Part shown: positions 28,240-39,439 of the stretch, one piece after another
How the letters are laid out: the number at the start of each line of letters is the position of its first letter
How positions within the stretch are numbered: the first letter of the stretch is position 1
From: Octopus sinensis
Lineage: Eukaryota
NCBI RefSeq assembly: GCF_006345805.1
Contig: NC_043012.1
Coordinates: 45,570,001-45,634,000, forward strand
Direction of reading: 5' to 3'
DNA length: 64,000 nucleotides
Position numbers and translations under genes: made by a program
Notes under the pieces: generated by a model
What the model was told of the DNA's origin: nothing
Databases searched by the model: none
What the model saw: the letters and a program-made list of their open reading frames with translations, nothing else

Positions 28240-28558
28240 ATGCAGCTCCGGCGGCCGGGGGTGTTTGTCTCCCCTTCGTAAATGTATATAAGGACACAGA
28301 GAAAAATGTGTTAAAGCCATCAGGAGGCGTCGATGCTTCCTAGGGCTATACAGCGGTGGTGTACCCCCTACTGTCACGTTCCTGTTAGATTGACAGTATA
28401 CAATCATTCTATCACCCCACCACCGTACATGTCTCTACGAGAGATTTAGAAATTTAGTATTTCTTATTTTGATAATCAGTGAATAGACTTCACTGAATTA
28501 TGGATATATACAATACGAAGTCGAGACAAATATCGCCAGCTGACCGGTGTCTGCTACT

Positions 28559-28601
28559 CTAGGCCGATGAAGGACAATGATCCTGAAACAGGTGTCCCTA
28601 G
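28559..28601 (+). ncRNA. HHR-like motif family H4, second full copy
   Basis: Identical to 28197-28239. Confidence 0.7.
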
Positions 28602-28764
28602 ATGCAGCTCCGGCGGCCGGGGGTGTTTGTCTCCCCTTCGTAAATGTATATAAGGACACAGGAAAAATGTGTCAAAGCCATCAAGGGGCGTCGATGCTTC
28701 ATAGGGCTATAAGCGGTGGTGTACCCCCTACTGCCACGTTCGTGTTAGATTGACAGTATACAAC

Positions 28765-28882
<118 letters not shown>

Positions 28883-28896
28883 TATATATACATACA

Positions 28897-29208
28897 TGGC
28901 TCAGTGGTTAGAGCGTCGATCTTACGATCGTGATATTGTGAGTTCGAATCCCGGACCAGGCTGCGTGATGTGTTGTTGAGCAAGACACTTTATTTCACGT
29001 TGCTCCAATTCACTCAGCTGTAGAAATGAGTTACCAAGCTGTATCGGCCCCATTGCCTTTCTGTAGGATAACACTGGTGGCGTGGAGAGGGGAGGCCGGT
29101 ATGCATGGGCGAGTGTTTGTCTTCCATAAACAATCTCGTTCGGACTTGTGCTTGGGAGGGTAAATTTCTAAATACCATCCCACGGTCAGTCATGATCGAA
29201 GGGGGTGT

Positions 29209-29210
<2 letters not shown>
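28897..29210 (+). mobile_element. tRNA-derived SINE, family C
   Basis: ggctcagtggttagagc (A box), gagttcgaatccc (B box), then gcaagacacttt...ctccaattcactcagctgtagaaatgagt central domain; ends at a (CA)n tract. Confidence 0.8.
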
Positions 29211-29264
<54 letters not shown>

Positions 29265-29963
29265 TTATATATATATATATATGATTCAGTATCCTAGACT
29301 TGCGTACGTTGCGAGTTATCAAGCTGTTTCAGAACACGAGACTTTCAATCTTTGGGTGACTGTAACTTCTGTCGATTATTAATAAAAAAACGTATATATG
29401 CTCATGTTTTTAGTTCTATTTTCTTGTTTGCACGAGGAAACATTTGTGTGTGTGTGCGTACATACATGCATAAGTATAATCCGCATCTACATCTGTGACT
29501 ATGTTTACATGCATCCATTTTAATGTTATTGCTTGTCATCTATTTTCAGCTAGAATGTTGTACTAAGATGGAAAAAGAGCGAAAAATAGTAAAAGACGTG
29601 CCATTGTATAAACGACTTTGTACAGTGGATTTTGTGAAAAAATTATGGAATGATTCTAGAAATGTACTGTTATATATTTCCTTATTGAAGAAGCTGATCA
29701 TTCTGTTTATTTTCTATTTTCTGTACTTATTCCGAATTATATTTGCTTGATCTAACAAGTCATTCAAGTTGAAACAAGCTATTTCGGATATATATGTTGT
29801 CATTTGGCTGACGGAGATTTCAACTGTGTTCCTGGCAAAAAGGAAATTAGATTTCCAGATGTGTATCACTAAAGTCAGATATCAATAAGTCCTTAAATAC
29901 TACATGCTTCGCTCTGTCGTTGTATACACACACACGCGCGAACACACAAACGCCCGTGTACGC

Positions 29964-30008
<45 letters not shown>

Positions 30009-30559
30009 TGTGTTTGCATATGCATATTTGTCTATGTATACGTAAATATGTGTGTGTGTGTTTTGTGTATGTATATCTGATGTTTCAATTCTTTACTATA
30101 GTAATTTAACTAAGTTAATAGAGTAATTCCCTACCTGTACAGAGGGATCATATACACAATGTGGGTCTGTGATGATATATATAGAAGCATGTTTCAGAAG
30201 ATTTCCTGTATAGCATGGTCTTCAGGTGGAGTACTATTTATTTAGGATTACATTAACCATTTGGTAAGTCATAATTTGATGTAAGTTTAGCTAATATTCC
30301 GAGTATGTCGTATGACTACTCAGACTCCCATTTCTCGGCTCTTTTTGTATATGGTTAGTGGATATACAGTAAATGGAAAGTATGGAAATCGACAAAGGAG
30401 AAAGACTTGTATGTAACGAGTATTTTCTGATCTTTATAAAGGGTTTTTTCTTGTTTTCATTTGTAAGGTTATTAGTCAGGCACGTTCTGGCTTTGCTAAT
30501 ATAGAAAATTGGTTACATATCGGAGAAAATACACAACAAAAAATTCCGTGCATCTTAAT

Positions 30560-31720
30560 TCCTGTATTTAGGGATAACGGTCTACTACTGCTACGAAAAT
30601 ACATTCACAAAGCCTGATATATTTAGGAAACATCTGCTTCAATAACTTAGGCTTCTCAATCACAACATAAACACAACTAAAATCAGTCTACTTCCTAGAT
30701 ATTACTGAAAATATGGAATCAAGTATGTATAAACCATACAAAAAAGATAACAAAGAAATTCAGTATATACATAAACAAACTAACTATCCCCAAAACATTA
30801 TCACAAAAACATTATTAATAGGAACATAAATCTCTGACTTTCCTCTTTATCTTTAAATGAAAAAATGCTAACCGAAATAACAACTCTTTATAACGAAGCC
30901 CTCAGTAGTTGCGGTTACATGTATAACTTGCAATAAACAAACAACAATCTTCGCACAATAAATAAAATATGTAAAAATAGAAACAGGAAAATTATCTCGT
31001 ATAGTCTCCACTTCAACATCCATGTGTCCACATCAATAGCTAAATTATTTTTCAAACTAATGCAGAAACAGTTCCACCCGCAATTACAAGTATTATAGAT
31101 TAAAAATAAACAACGTAAAGTTGTCATACTTTGAAAAACCTATAGTCAACTAAAACCTCCAAAGACTCCGTAAATTTGAAAACCTAAACTACTTACACAT
31201 TAGGAATTGCAATTGTAGAATACGTTCATACTGTCCTCTACGAGGAAAATGTATTTCAAGAAATATCGTATAATGTGCAACGGTAACCACAAACAGGTCT
31301 CCAATTACAAAATCTACATACATATATGTAGATATATAGCAAATCAGTTCATACATACACATAGACTATAGCAAAACCGTCCATATATATAAACAGATCT
31401 ATTGAATACCAGTTCATACATATATGTAGTTCTTTAGCAAACCAGTTCAAGATACGATACGAACAATACACGTACACTTTTCGCAAGGCAAACAGGCTAA
31501 ATGATGCATCACTATCCAGTCATATACGACAATTAAAATATAAAAAAAACACTGTTTAGCATCAAGCAGAAAATGTTCTCACACGCACAACCATACCAAG
31601 GTAATAATAAACCCTGTCAACTTTGTACAAATGAATCCTACCGCATTCTAAAATCCGTAGACGAAATCCTGAACCGAAACTCCGAACTAGTCTCTTTTTG
31701 CAAGCGCAAAAGTCTTGAAA
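30560..31720 (+). mobile_element. Decayed Penelope-like element (RT C-terminus, Cys linker, GIY-YIG)
   Basis: SVYFLDIT...YKPYKKDNKEIQYIHKQTNYPQNII; KNRNRKII; NCNCRIRSYCPLRGKCISRNIV; MFSHAQPYQGNNKPCQLCTNESYRIL...LNRNSELVSFCKRK. Confidence 0.85.
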
Positions 31721-32257
31721 AAAAAACCCAAATACCTCAAATCAATAATAACTCTACTCCACCCTCCGACACCATAAACTATCCCCATAATATGAAATAA
31801 AAAATGCGCTCTTCAACTTTACACTTTCCCACGGAATAAGTACTCAGAAAATTATCTAAGAGTCTACCTATCGCTAACTAAAATCTCCGCAAAATATTGC
31901 CTAACACATTTTTAGGAACCTATATACACATCAAACTGAAAGTGCCCTTTCCTTTATTTTTATAAATTCTATTTTTGTTCCTGTTTTTATACATGAATAT
32001 TTACATACCTTGCATATCAGCATAAACCTAACCCACATTAGTACAATATTTATTTAGAACAGATTCAGAAGAAATTTATAAACATTTGCTAAATAAACTC
32101 TACTTTAACAAAACCGGAAGTTATATCATTCAGCGTTATAGATTTCTATCCAGTTGCATATACAGATATATAGATATAAAGATAGATAGATATAGCCATC
32201 CACGCTTATATATACACATATGCACAGGTACATACACACACACACACATATATTTAG

Positions 32258-32312
<55 letters not shown>

Positions 32313-32905
32313 CTTATAAATACATATGTGAATGCAGACATACACAGATACGAGTATGTGTCATATAACTATAACATATAGGCGTCTATGTGTCTGGCAG
32401 TGCGTGTGAGAATCAACAGAAATAAAGTAAAGTGATCATTACCACGCATTTCAACAATTAGAATATATTAAACAGCATGCAAAATCAATTATGGATATAT
32501 TGAATATACCTTTGTTTTTTAGAGAATGCACAGTAATCGTTTGGTGGCCATTGTTACCATCAAAGTGAGAAATTGTCAGAATTTCAAAATTGAGACAATC
32601 TGAACAACTAAGTATTCTCGAAAATGGACAAACAATTATAGAAGGCATAGTCCGATTATCTGGAAATAAGTGTCAGCAACTTATACATATGCATGTACGT
32701 ATACATAAAAGTGTAGATACCTACCTAATCGCATATAAGTATGATTATATGACTATTTACACCAGTATATACACACGCATAAGCAAACACAGGCACACAC
32801 ACGGACGTACATATATACATGTAAACATGTAAGTAAAAGTATATATATATATACACGTATGTACACTATTAAGACCACTTTACTAATAAAATTCGCATTA
32901 TAACG

Positions 32906-32956
<51 letters not shown>

Positions 32957-32960
32957 TATA

Positions 32961-32991
<31 letters not shown>

Positions 32992-33205
32992 ACTAATGTA
33001 AGATAAAATTTGTTTCGCGAAAAAAATTTCATCAATGGCCAGCATATCAAAAAATACTTTTAAAGGTTAAATTTATAAATAATTTACAAGATAAGGGCAA
33101 AAGAAAAATTCTAATGCCAAATATGCCGAAACAAAAATTGTCAATAACCATTATAATTTATGTGTCTCGAAACAAACCGATAGAAATTTCTAAAAAAATA
33201 CGTTA

Positions 33206-33265
33206 TTACCGTATTGGTCCAATTTCGGAGTTAATTCATAAGAATTTTCTCCTCTTCAGCGGCAA
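33206..33265 (-). ncRNA. Type I hammerhead ribozyme (family H5, minus copy)
   Basis: Reverse complement of 33349-33408. Confidence 0.85.
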
Positions 33266-33348
33266 ATACGCGAGATATAAGTGAAATACTTACTCATACC
33301 CACGGTATGAGTGGGTATGAGTAAGTATTTCACTTATATCTCGCGTAT

Positions 33349-33408
33349 TTGCCGCTGAAGAGGAGAAAATTCTTATGAATTAACTCCGAAATTGGACCAA
33401 TACGGTAA
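33349..33408 (+). ncRNA. Type I hammerhead ribozyme (family H5, plus copy)
   Basis: TTGCCG CTGAAGA GGAG-aa-aattc-ttat-gaatt-aa-CTCC GAAA TTGG-A-CCAA TA CGGTAA; all core nucleotides canonical. Confidence 0.85.
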
Positions 33409-33547
33409 TAACGTATTTTTTTAGAAATTTCTATCGGTTTGTTTCGAGACACAAATTATAATGGTTATTGACAATTTTTGTTTCGCCATATTTGGCATTA
33501 GAATTTTTCTTTTGCCCTTATCTTGTAAAGATATATATATATATATA

Positions 33548-34968
33548 TTGGGTTATCCCAGAAATAATGCGGTTTTTTATACAGTACTGTAGGAATGTTT
33601 ATCGATACGGATAAGTAAAGTTTGGAAGAGGGGCTTTTCAAATCTACCAGATAGATGGAAGAGCTTTGTAAAGAAAAAAATGTAGATTAAAAAATGATTT
33701 TGTTTATATTAATTTTGAAAAGAAAAAGCTTTTCAAAATTAAGATAAATAAAATGATTTTTTAATCTAAAATATATTCTCCTTCATTTTTTTTTTTACAA
33801 AGCTCTTCCATCCATCTGGTAGACTTGCAAAGCCCCTCTTCCAAACTTTACTTATCCGCATCGAAAAATATTCCTCCAGTACTGTTGTAACCTCGTCTAC
33901 AAAATTCATATTTTCCGTCCAAATGATTGTGAAGACTGCGGAATAAATGATAATCAGGTGGGGCAATGTCCGGTAAGTATGGTGGGTGGGGCATCGTTTC
34001 ATATTCAAACTGCTCCAGGCTTTGGAATGTCATCCTTGCTGTAGGTGGCCGAGCATCATCCTGATGGAAGAAGACCTATCGTCTTGAAACCAAAATGATC
34101 GTTTTTCTTCTAGCCCTGGTGTCGGTAAATGGTTGAAGAAAAACGATCATTTTGGTTTCAAGACGATAGGTCTTCTTCCATCAGGATGATGCTCGGCCAC
34201 CTACAGCAAGGATGACATTCCAAAGCCTGGAGCAGTTTGAATATGAAACGATGCCCCACCCACCATACTTACCGGACATTGCCCCACCTGATTATCATTT
34301 ATTCCGCAGTCTTCACAATCATTTGGACGGAAAATATGAATTTTGTAGACGAGGTTACAACAGTACTGGAGGAATATTTTTCGATGCGGATAAGTAAAGC
34401 CCTGGTGTCGGTAAATGGTTGAATGACCAAATCAAAACTTCTCTTCTAGATCCTCAACACTGGCGATGGGATTTTGTTCCACCAGGGTTTGCAGGATGTC
34501 CTCATCGAGCTCTACAGATCTTCCAGGACGTGGTTTGTCTTCTACGTTGTAGTTTCCAGCTTGGAATTTTTGCAACTACTGTTGACACTGGCTTACATCA
34601 TCATCATTGTTCGACCGTGGTCGAGACAATGGAATTTACTATGTTACGCCAGACCTCACGGTCCATAAGCTTACGCTTATTACCTGATCACCATATACTG
34701 CATAAATATTCCACGCACTTTTGCGTTTGTGGCTTTATTGAACTCATAAAGCAAAATATGCCAAATATGCCCCTTTGTCACTTCCTTAATAGCTTTGAAA
34801 GAAACTGTTAAAATCGAATTGCACTCATCACAACATGCACTAAGAATAAGGGAAAAGGGAACATTACAACCTACTTTTATAGCAAGTTGATGCAGGTAGT
34901 TTATTCCGTCCCCCTCTGACTTTTAGTTCATGTAATTGAAAAACCACATTATTTATGGGATAACTCTA
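33548..34968 (-). mobile_element. Internally deleted mariner with both TIRs and internal inverted duplications
   Basis: TIRs ttgggttatcccagaaataatgcggtttt (33548-76) and aaaaccacattatttatgggataactcta (about 34940-68). HPPYLPDIAPPDYHLFRSL is on both strands (33848-34033 minus, 34212-34397 plus); N-terminal QKFQAGNYNVEDKPRPGRSVELDED on the minus strand at about 34480-34580. Confidence 0.87.
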
Positions 34969-35188
34969 TTACTCTTATACTTGTTTCAGTCATTTGACTG
35001 CGGCCATGCTGGAGCACTACCTTTAATCGAGCAAATCGACCCCGGGACTTATTCTGTTGTAAGCCCAGTACTTATTCTATCGGTCTCTTTTGCCAAACCG
35101 CTAAGTAACGGGGACATAAACACACCAGCATCGGTTGTCAAGCAATGCTAGGGGGACAAACACAGACACACAAACGCATATATATATA

Positions 35189-35227
<39 letters not shown>

Positions 35228-35400
35228 TACGTATATACGACGGGCTTCTTTCAGTTTCCATATACGAAATCCACTCACAAGGCTTTGGTCGGCCCGAGGC
35301 TATAGTAGAAGACACTTGCTCAAGGTGCTACGCAGTGGGACTGAACCCGGAACCATGTGGTTGGTTAGCAAGCTACTTACCACACAGCCACTCCTGCGCC
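34969..35400 (-). mobile_element. SINE family B
   Basis: Homologous to 15969-16385. Confidence 0.88.
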
Positions 35401-36488
35401 TATATATAACTTATATACATACATATGTACAGAAGTATGTATACATTGAATTCCACACACATTCACACACGCACAAATAATCATCGAGATACTTTCAGTT
35501 GTCGTCTGGTTTTTGTTACATTTTCTATTCTTTGCAGACAGAAATAAATTAAGTTTTAGATTTAGTATAATGTATTTTCATAAAACACGCAAAGTCAATA
35601 TAAAGGACAATTTCCACCAGTAAATCGTCAATGCCTGTCGTTGTGAGTTATTTGACTGAAAAATACCAAAATGTTTTGAAGCAAACATAAAATAGGGTGA
35701 CACAACGTCATTATGAGGTTTAGAGATACGTAAAACACTATTGAAAGACTTTGAATATGAACTGAATATGAATTTCAAACACTATTAAACAGAAAATTGT
35801 TGCAGAGCTGAAATGATCAATAAGAAAGACAAGATTTGATCATCAAAAATAGGAGCCGACGAAAATAAATTCAACCATGTTTTTAATTCGTGGCAGATAA
35901 ATGTTAATCTGATAATGTCTCTGGCATTCAGCTACTTAACTATATGTACCTTTTTAATATTTAGGAGGCGGAGCGTGTCTTCCCTGTTTGTATCTGTCTC
36001 TCCAATAAAAAATATTCTTATTTACTTCGGCGGTCTTCCTCTGCCTCATCCTCTCTAGAATGATTCTTACCAGTTATATTTATTGCTGTCAAAACAGCTC
36101 CCAAAATATGATACTCGCCTAAGTAATGACATTACGATAATTTCATTTAATTAAATAATAATGAAGAATAAATTTCCCATTTGGCCACCCGTTAGTCTTT
36201 ATTCGCTTCTCTCCTTTCTCTTCTAATTACATATCGGAACATTCACCTCAACATGACTACTCACTTACTCTCTCTCTGTCTCACTCTCTCTATCTATCTA
36301 GCTAGATATTTGGCCACACACACACCACACACACACACATATATATATATATAGGTAACTGCTGAGAAAATCTGGAACTCGACTGAAGATAGAAAACTCC
36401 GAATGACCAGTCCATGTTTATTTTTGTATCGTGTAACTGTCCTGATGTTTTGTTGTCGCCTGTTAAGTTTTTGTTCCATTTTTTGTTT

Positions 36489-36537
<49 letters not shown>

Positions 36538-36818
36538 CAACAATTGAGGGTAAAATTAATTAGTTATTAATCAATTTCACCAAGTATTCAGTATGTAAAA
36601 GGACCATTTAAGGCGAATTCAAAATATTACATTATATCAAAGGGCTTAGTAAAATAAATTACTTTGCCACATACTGAACTCATTAGAAATAGCAGCCAAA
36701 AAAGTTTTTTAGCTATTTCTAATACTTAAAGAAAATTTCTCTCAAATAGTGTTTACTCAAAATAACCCACGATGGTATGGGGGTAAAAAACATTAAAAAA
36801 TCACAAGTGCAAAGATTA

Positions 36819-36880
36819 TTTGAGAACGTTACGTTTCTAGATCAGCAAATAAAATTCGACATTTCTTTCGTCAGCCCAAA
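36819..36880 (-). ncRNA. Type I HHR-like motif (family H6, copy 1)
   Basis: Minus strand TTTGGG CTGACGA ...GAAA CGT-A-ACG TT CTCAAA. Confidence 0.6.
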
Positions 36881-37381
36881 ATTTCTTAATTTGGATTTGG
36901 AAACACTGAAAGTAGGAACATACCCTTTTGGCGACTTAACACCTCAGATGACCCGTTCAAACTGACAGTGCCAACAAATTCAAAATATGCAAGCGAAGAA
37001 TTCCTGCTCTCCCCTTCCACCCACGTGGGCTAAACTAGCAAACACCATATTTTAGCGGTGAAAACCGAGGCAATAAACAGAGAGAAATGAATTATAATTT
37101 CAACAATTGAGGGTAAAATTAATTAGTTATTAATCAATTTCACCAAGTATTCAGTATGTAAAAGGACCATTTAAGGCGAATTCAAAATATTACATTATAT
37201 AAAAGGGCTTAGCAAAATAAATTACTTTGCCACATACTAAACTCATTAGAAATAGCAGCCAAGAAAGTTTTTTAGCTATTTCTAATACTTAAAGAAAATT
37301 TCTCTCAGATAGTGTTTACTCAAAATAACCCACGAAGGTATGGGGGTAAAAAACATTAAAAAATCACAAGTGCAAAGATTA

Positions 37382-37445
37382 TTTGAGAACGTTACGTTTC
37401 TAGATCAGCCAAATAAAATTCGACATTTCTTTCGTCAGCCCCAAA
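37382..37445 (-). ncRNA. HHR-like motif family H6, copy 2
   Basis: As 36819-36880. Confidence 0.6.
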
Positions 37446-37703
37446 TTTCTTAATTTGGATTTGGAAACACTGAAAGAAGGAACATACCCTTTTGGCGACT
37501 TAACACCTCAGATGACCCGTTCAAACTGACAGTGCCAACAAATTCAAAATATGCAAGCGAAGAATTCCTGCTCTCCCAAGGAATTCTTCGCTTGCATATT
37601 TTGAATTTGTTGGCACTGTCAGTTCGAACGGGTCATCTGAGGTGTTAAGTCGCCAAAAGGGTATGTTCCTACTTTCAGGGTTTCCAAATCCAAATTAAGA
37701 AAT

Positions 37704-37766
37704 TTTGGGCTGACGAAAGAAATGTCGAATTTTATTTGGCTGATCTAGAAACGTAACGTTCTCAAA
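37704..37766 (+). ncRNA. HHR-like motif family H6, inverted copy
   Basis: tttggg ctgacga a-aga-aat-gtcgaa-tttta-tttggc-tga-tct-a gaaa cgtaacg tt ctcaaa. Confidence 0.62.
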
Positions 37767-37939
37767 TAATCTTTGCACTTGTGATTTTTAATGTTTTTTA
37801 CCCCCATACCTTCGTGGGTTATTTTGAGTAAACACTATCTGAGAGAAATTTTCTTTAAGTATTAGAAATAGCTAAAAAACTTTCTTGGCTGCTATTTCTA
37901 ATGAGTTCAGTATGTGGCAAAGTAAATATATATATATAT

Positions 37940-38169
37940 TACTTTACCGCCCACAAGGAGCTAAACACAGAGGGGACAAACAAGGACAGACAAACGGATT
38001 AAGTCGATTTCATCGACCCCAGTGCGTAACTGGTACATAATTTATCGACCCCGAAATGTTGAAAGGCAAAGTCGGCCTCAGCGGAATTTGAACCCAGAAC
38101 GTAACGGCAGACGAATTACGGCTAAGCATTTCGCCCGGCGTGCTAACGTTTCTGCCAGCTCACCGCCTT
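37940..38169 (-). mobile_element. SINE family A
   Basis: Minus strand aaggcggtgagctggcagaaacgttagc...gggttcaaattccgc. Confidence 0.88.
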
Positions 38170-38182
38170 TGTATGTATGTAT

Positions 38183-38391
38183 TCTCTTCTCTTTTTCTCT
38201 TTTTTACTTGTTTCAGTCATTTGACTGCGGCCATGCTGGAGCACCGCCTTTAATCGAGCAAATCGACCCCGGGACTTATTCTTTGTAAGCCTAGTACTTA
38301 TTCTATCGGTCTCTTTTGCCGAACCGCTAAGTGACGGGGACGTAAACACAGCAGCATCGGCTGTCAAGCAATGCTAGGGGGACAAACACAG

Positions 38392-38432
<41 letters not shown>

Positions 38433-38593
38433 TACGACAGGCTTCTTTCAGTTTCTGTCTACCAAATCCACTCACAAGGCATTGGTCGGCCCGGGGCTGC
38501 AGCAGAAGACACTTGCCCAAGATGCCACGCAGTGGGACTGAACCCGGAACCATGTGGTTGGTTAGCAAGCTACTTACCACACAGCCACTCCTG
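38183..38593 (-). mobile_element. SINE family B
   Basis: Homologous to 15969-16385. Confidence 0.88.
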
Positions 38594-38619
38594 TATGTAT
38601 GTATGTATGTATGTATGTA

Positions 38620-39200
38620 ACAGAAATCTGGAATAACCAATATTTCCACGTTGTAGAACCAAACCTACCAATGCTCTTACAGAGCTCCAAAATGAGAAAA
38701 GTAACAGACAATCCACCCCCAAACCTTAAAAAACAACCCACAAGAGCAAAAGGTCACATAAGAGAACGAAACATAATTCTCCGTATAGGAATGTAGAGAC
38801 AGCAGATGTGGAATATGCAACAACAACAATAACTACAAATATGTAGACGAGGACATCAACATAAAATTTAAGAGTGGATTCTTATTCAAAGTAAATGCAA
38901 ATATGAACTGCAAGACACAAAACCCCATATACTGCATTATTTGCCCTAAATTCAAGAAGAATTATATTGACGAAACCAATAATTCCCTTTGCCATCGCAC
39001 AAGTACCCTCAGGCAGTACATCCGACAAGAGGAGCTAAGGAAAATTCCACTGAGCAAACATATGGAACTATGTGGAGAAGGAAAATTCGAGATCTTCCCC
39101 TTTTACAAATGCTCAAGGAAAGACCCAAACTTCTGAAAGACACTGGCGCTACACTTCATAAAAATTTCTCACCAAAATTAAACGGATGAAAAAGGGAACA
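38620..39200 (+). mobile_element. Penelope-like GIY-YIG remnant (a third lineage)
   Basis: NLPMLLQSSKMRKV...PPNLKKQPTRAK; MNCKTQNPIYCIICPKFKKNYIDETNNSL...RKIPLSKHMELCGEGKFEIFPFYK...FSPKLN. Confidence 0.8.
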
Positions 39201-39439
39201 TTAGAAGGAAAATTCAAAGTTCTGAAAGATCACGGAATTATATTTCACATAAAAATCAACAAAAATTAAGAAAACTCTATATTTTTAGAATTCTACATGA
39301 ATTTGATTGTATATATGTTAAAAATGATCACAAACCATTGCCAAAACCTTTTTACCACATTGTTGTTGGACCTTGCAAAACACTCTATAAGAAGAGATGC
39401 ATTCCCTCTTCTGTACATGGCTCTCTTTCTCCTTTAGAA

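Larger units (their letters stand above)
33000..33529. mobile_element. Near-perfect palindrome (about 220-bp arms 33083-33303 / 33311-33529, 7-nt spacer) of an HHR-bearing unit between (TA)n tracts
   Basis: tttacaagataagggc...actcatacccac ggtatga gtgggtatgagt...gcccttatcttgtaaa. Confidence 0.9.
36531..37925. mobile_element. 563-bp tandem units (36531, 37094) plus an inverted copy (37579-37925); HHR-bearing pseudo-LTR/retrozyme
   Basis: ataatttcaacaattgagggt recurs at 36531 and 37094. 37579-37925 pairs with 37222-37569 across a 9-nt loop; (TA)n on both sides. Confidence 0.9.

Noticed and set aside
28897-28970. tRNA-like sequence (possible TAC anticodon)
   Set aside because: It has A and B boxes but no acceptor stem and runs into a SINE body; treated as a SINE head.
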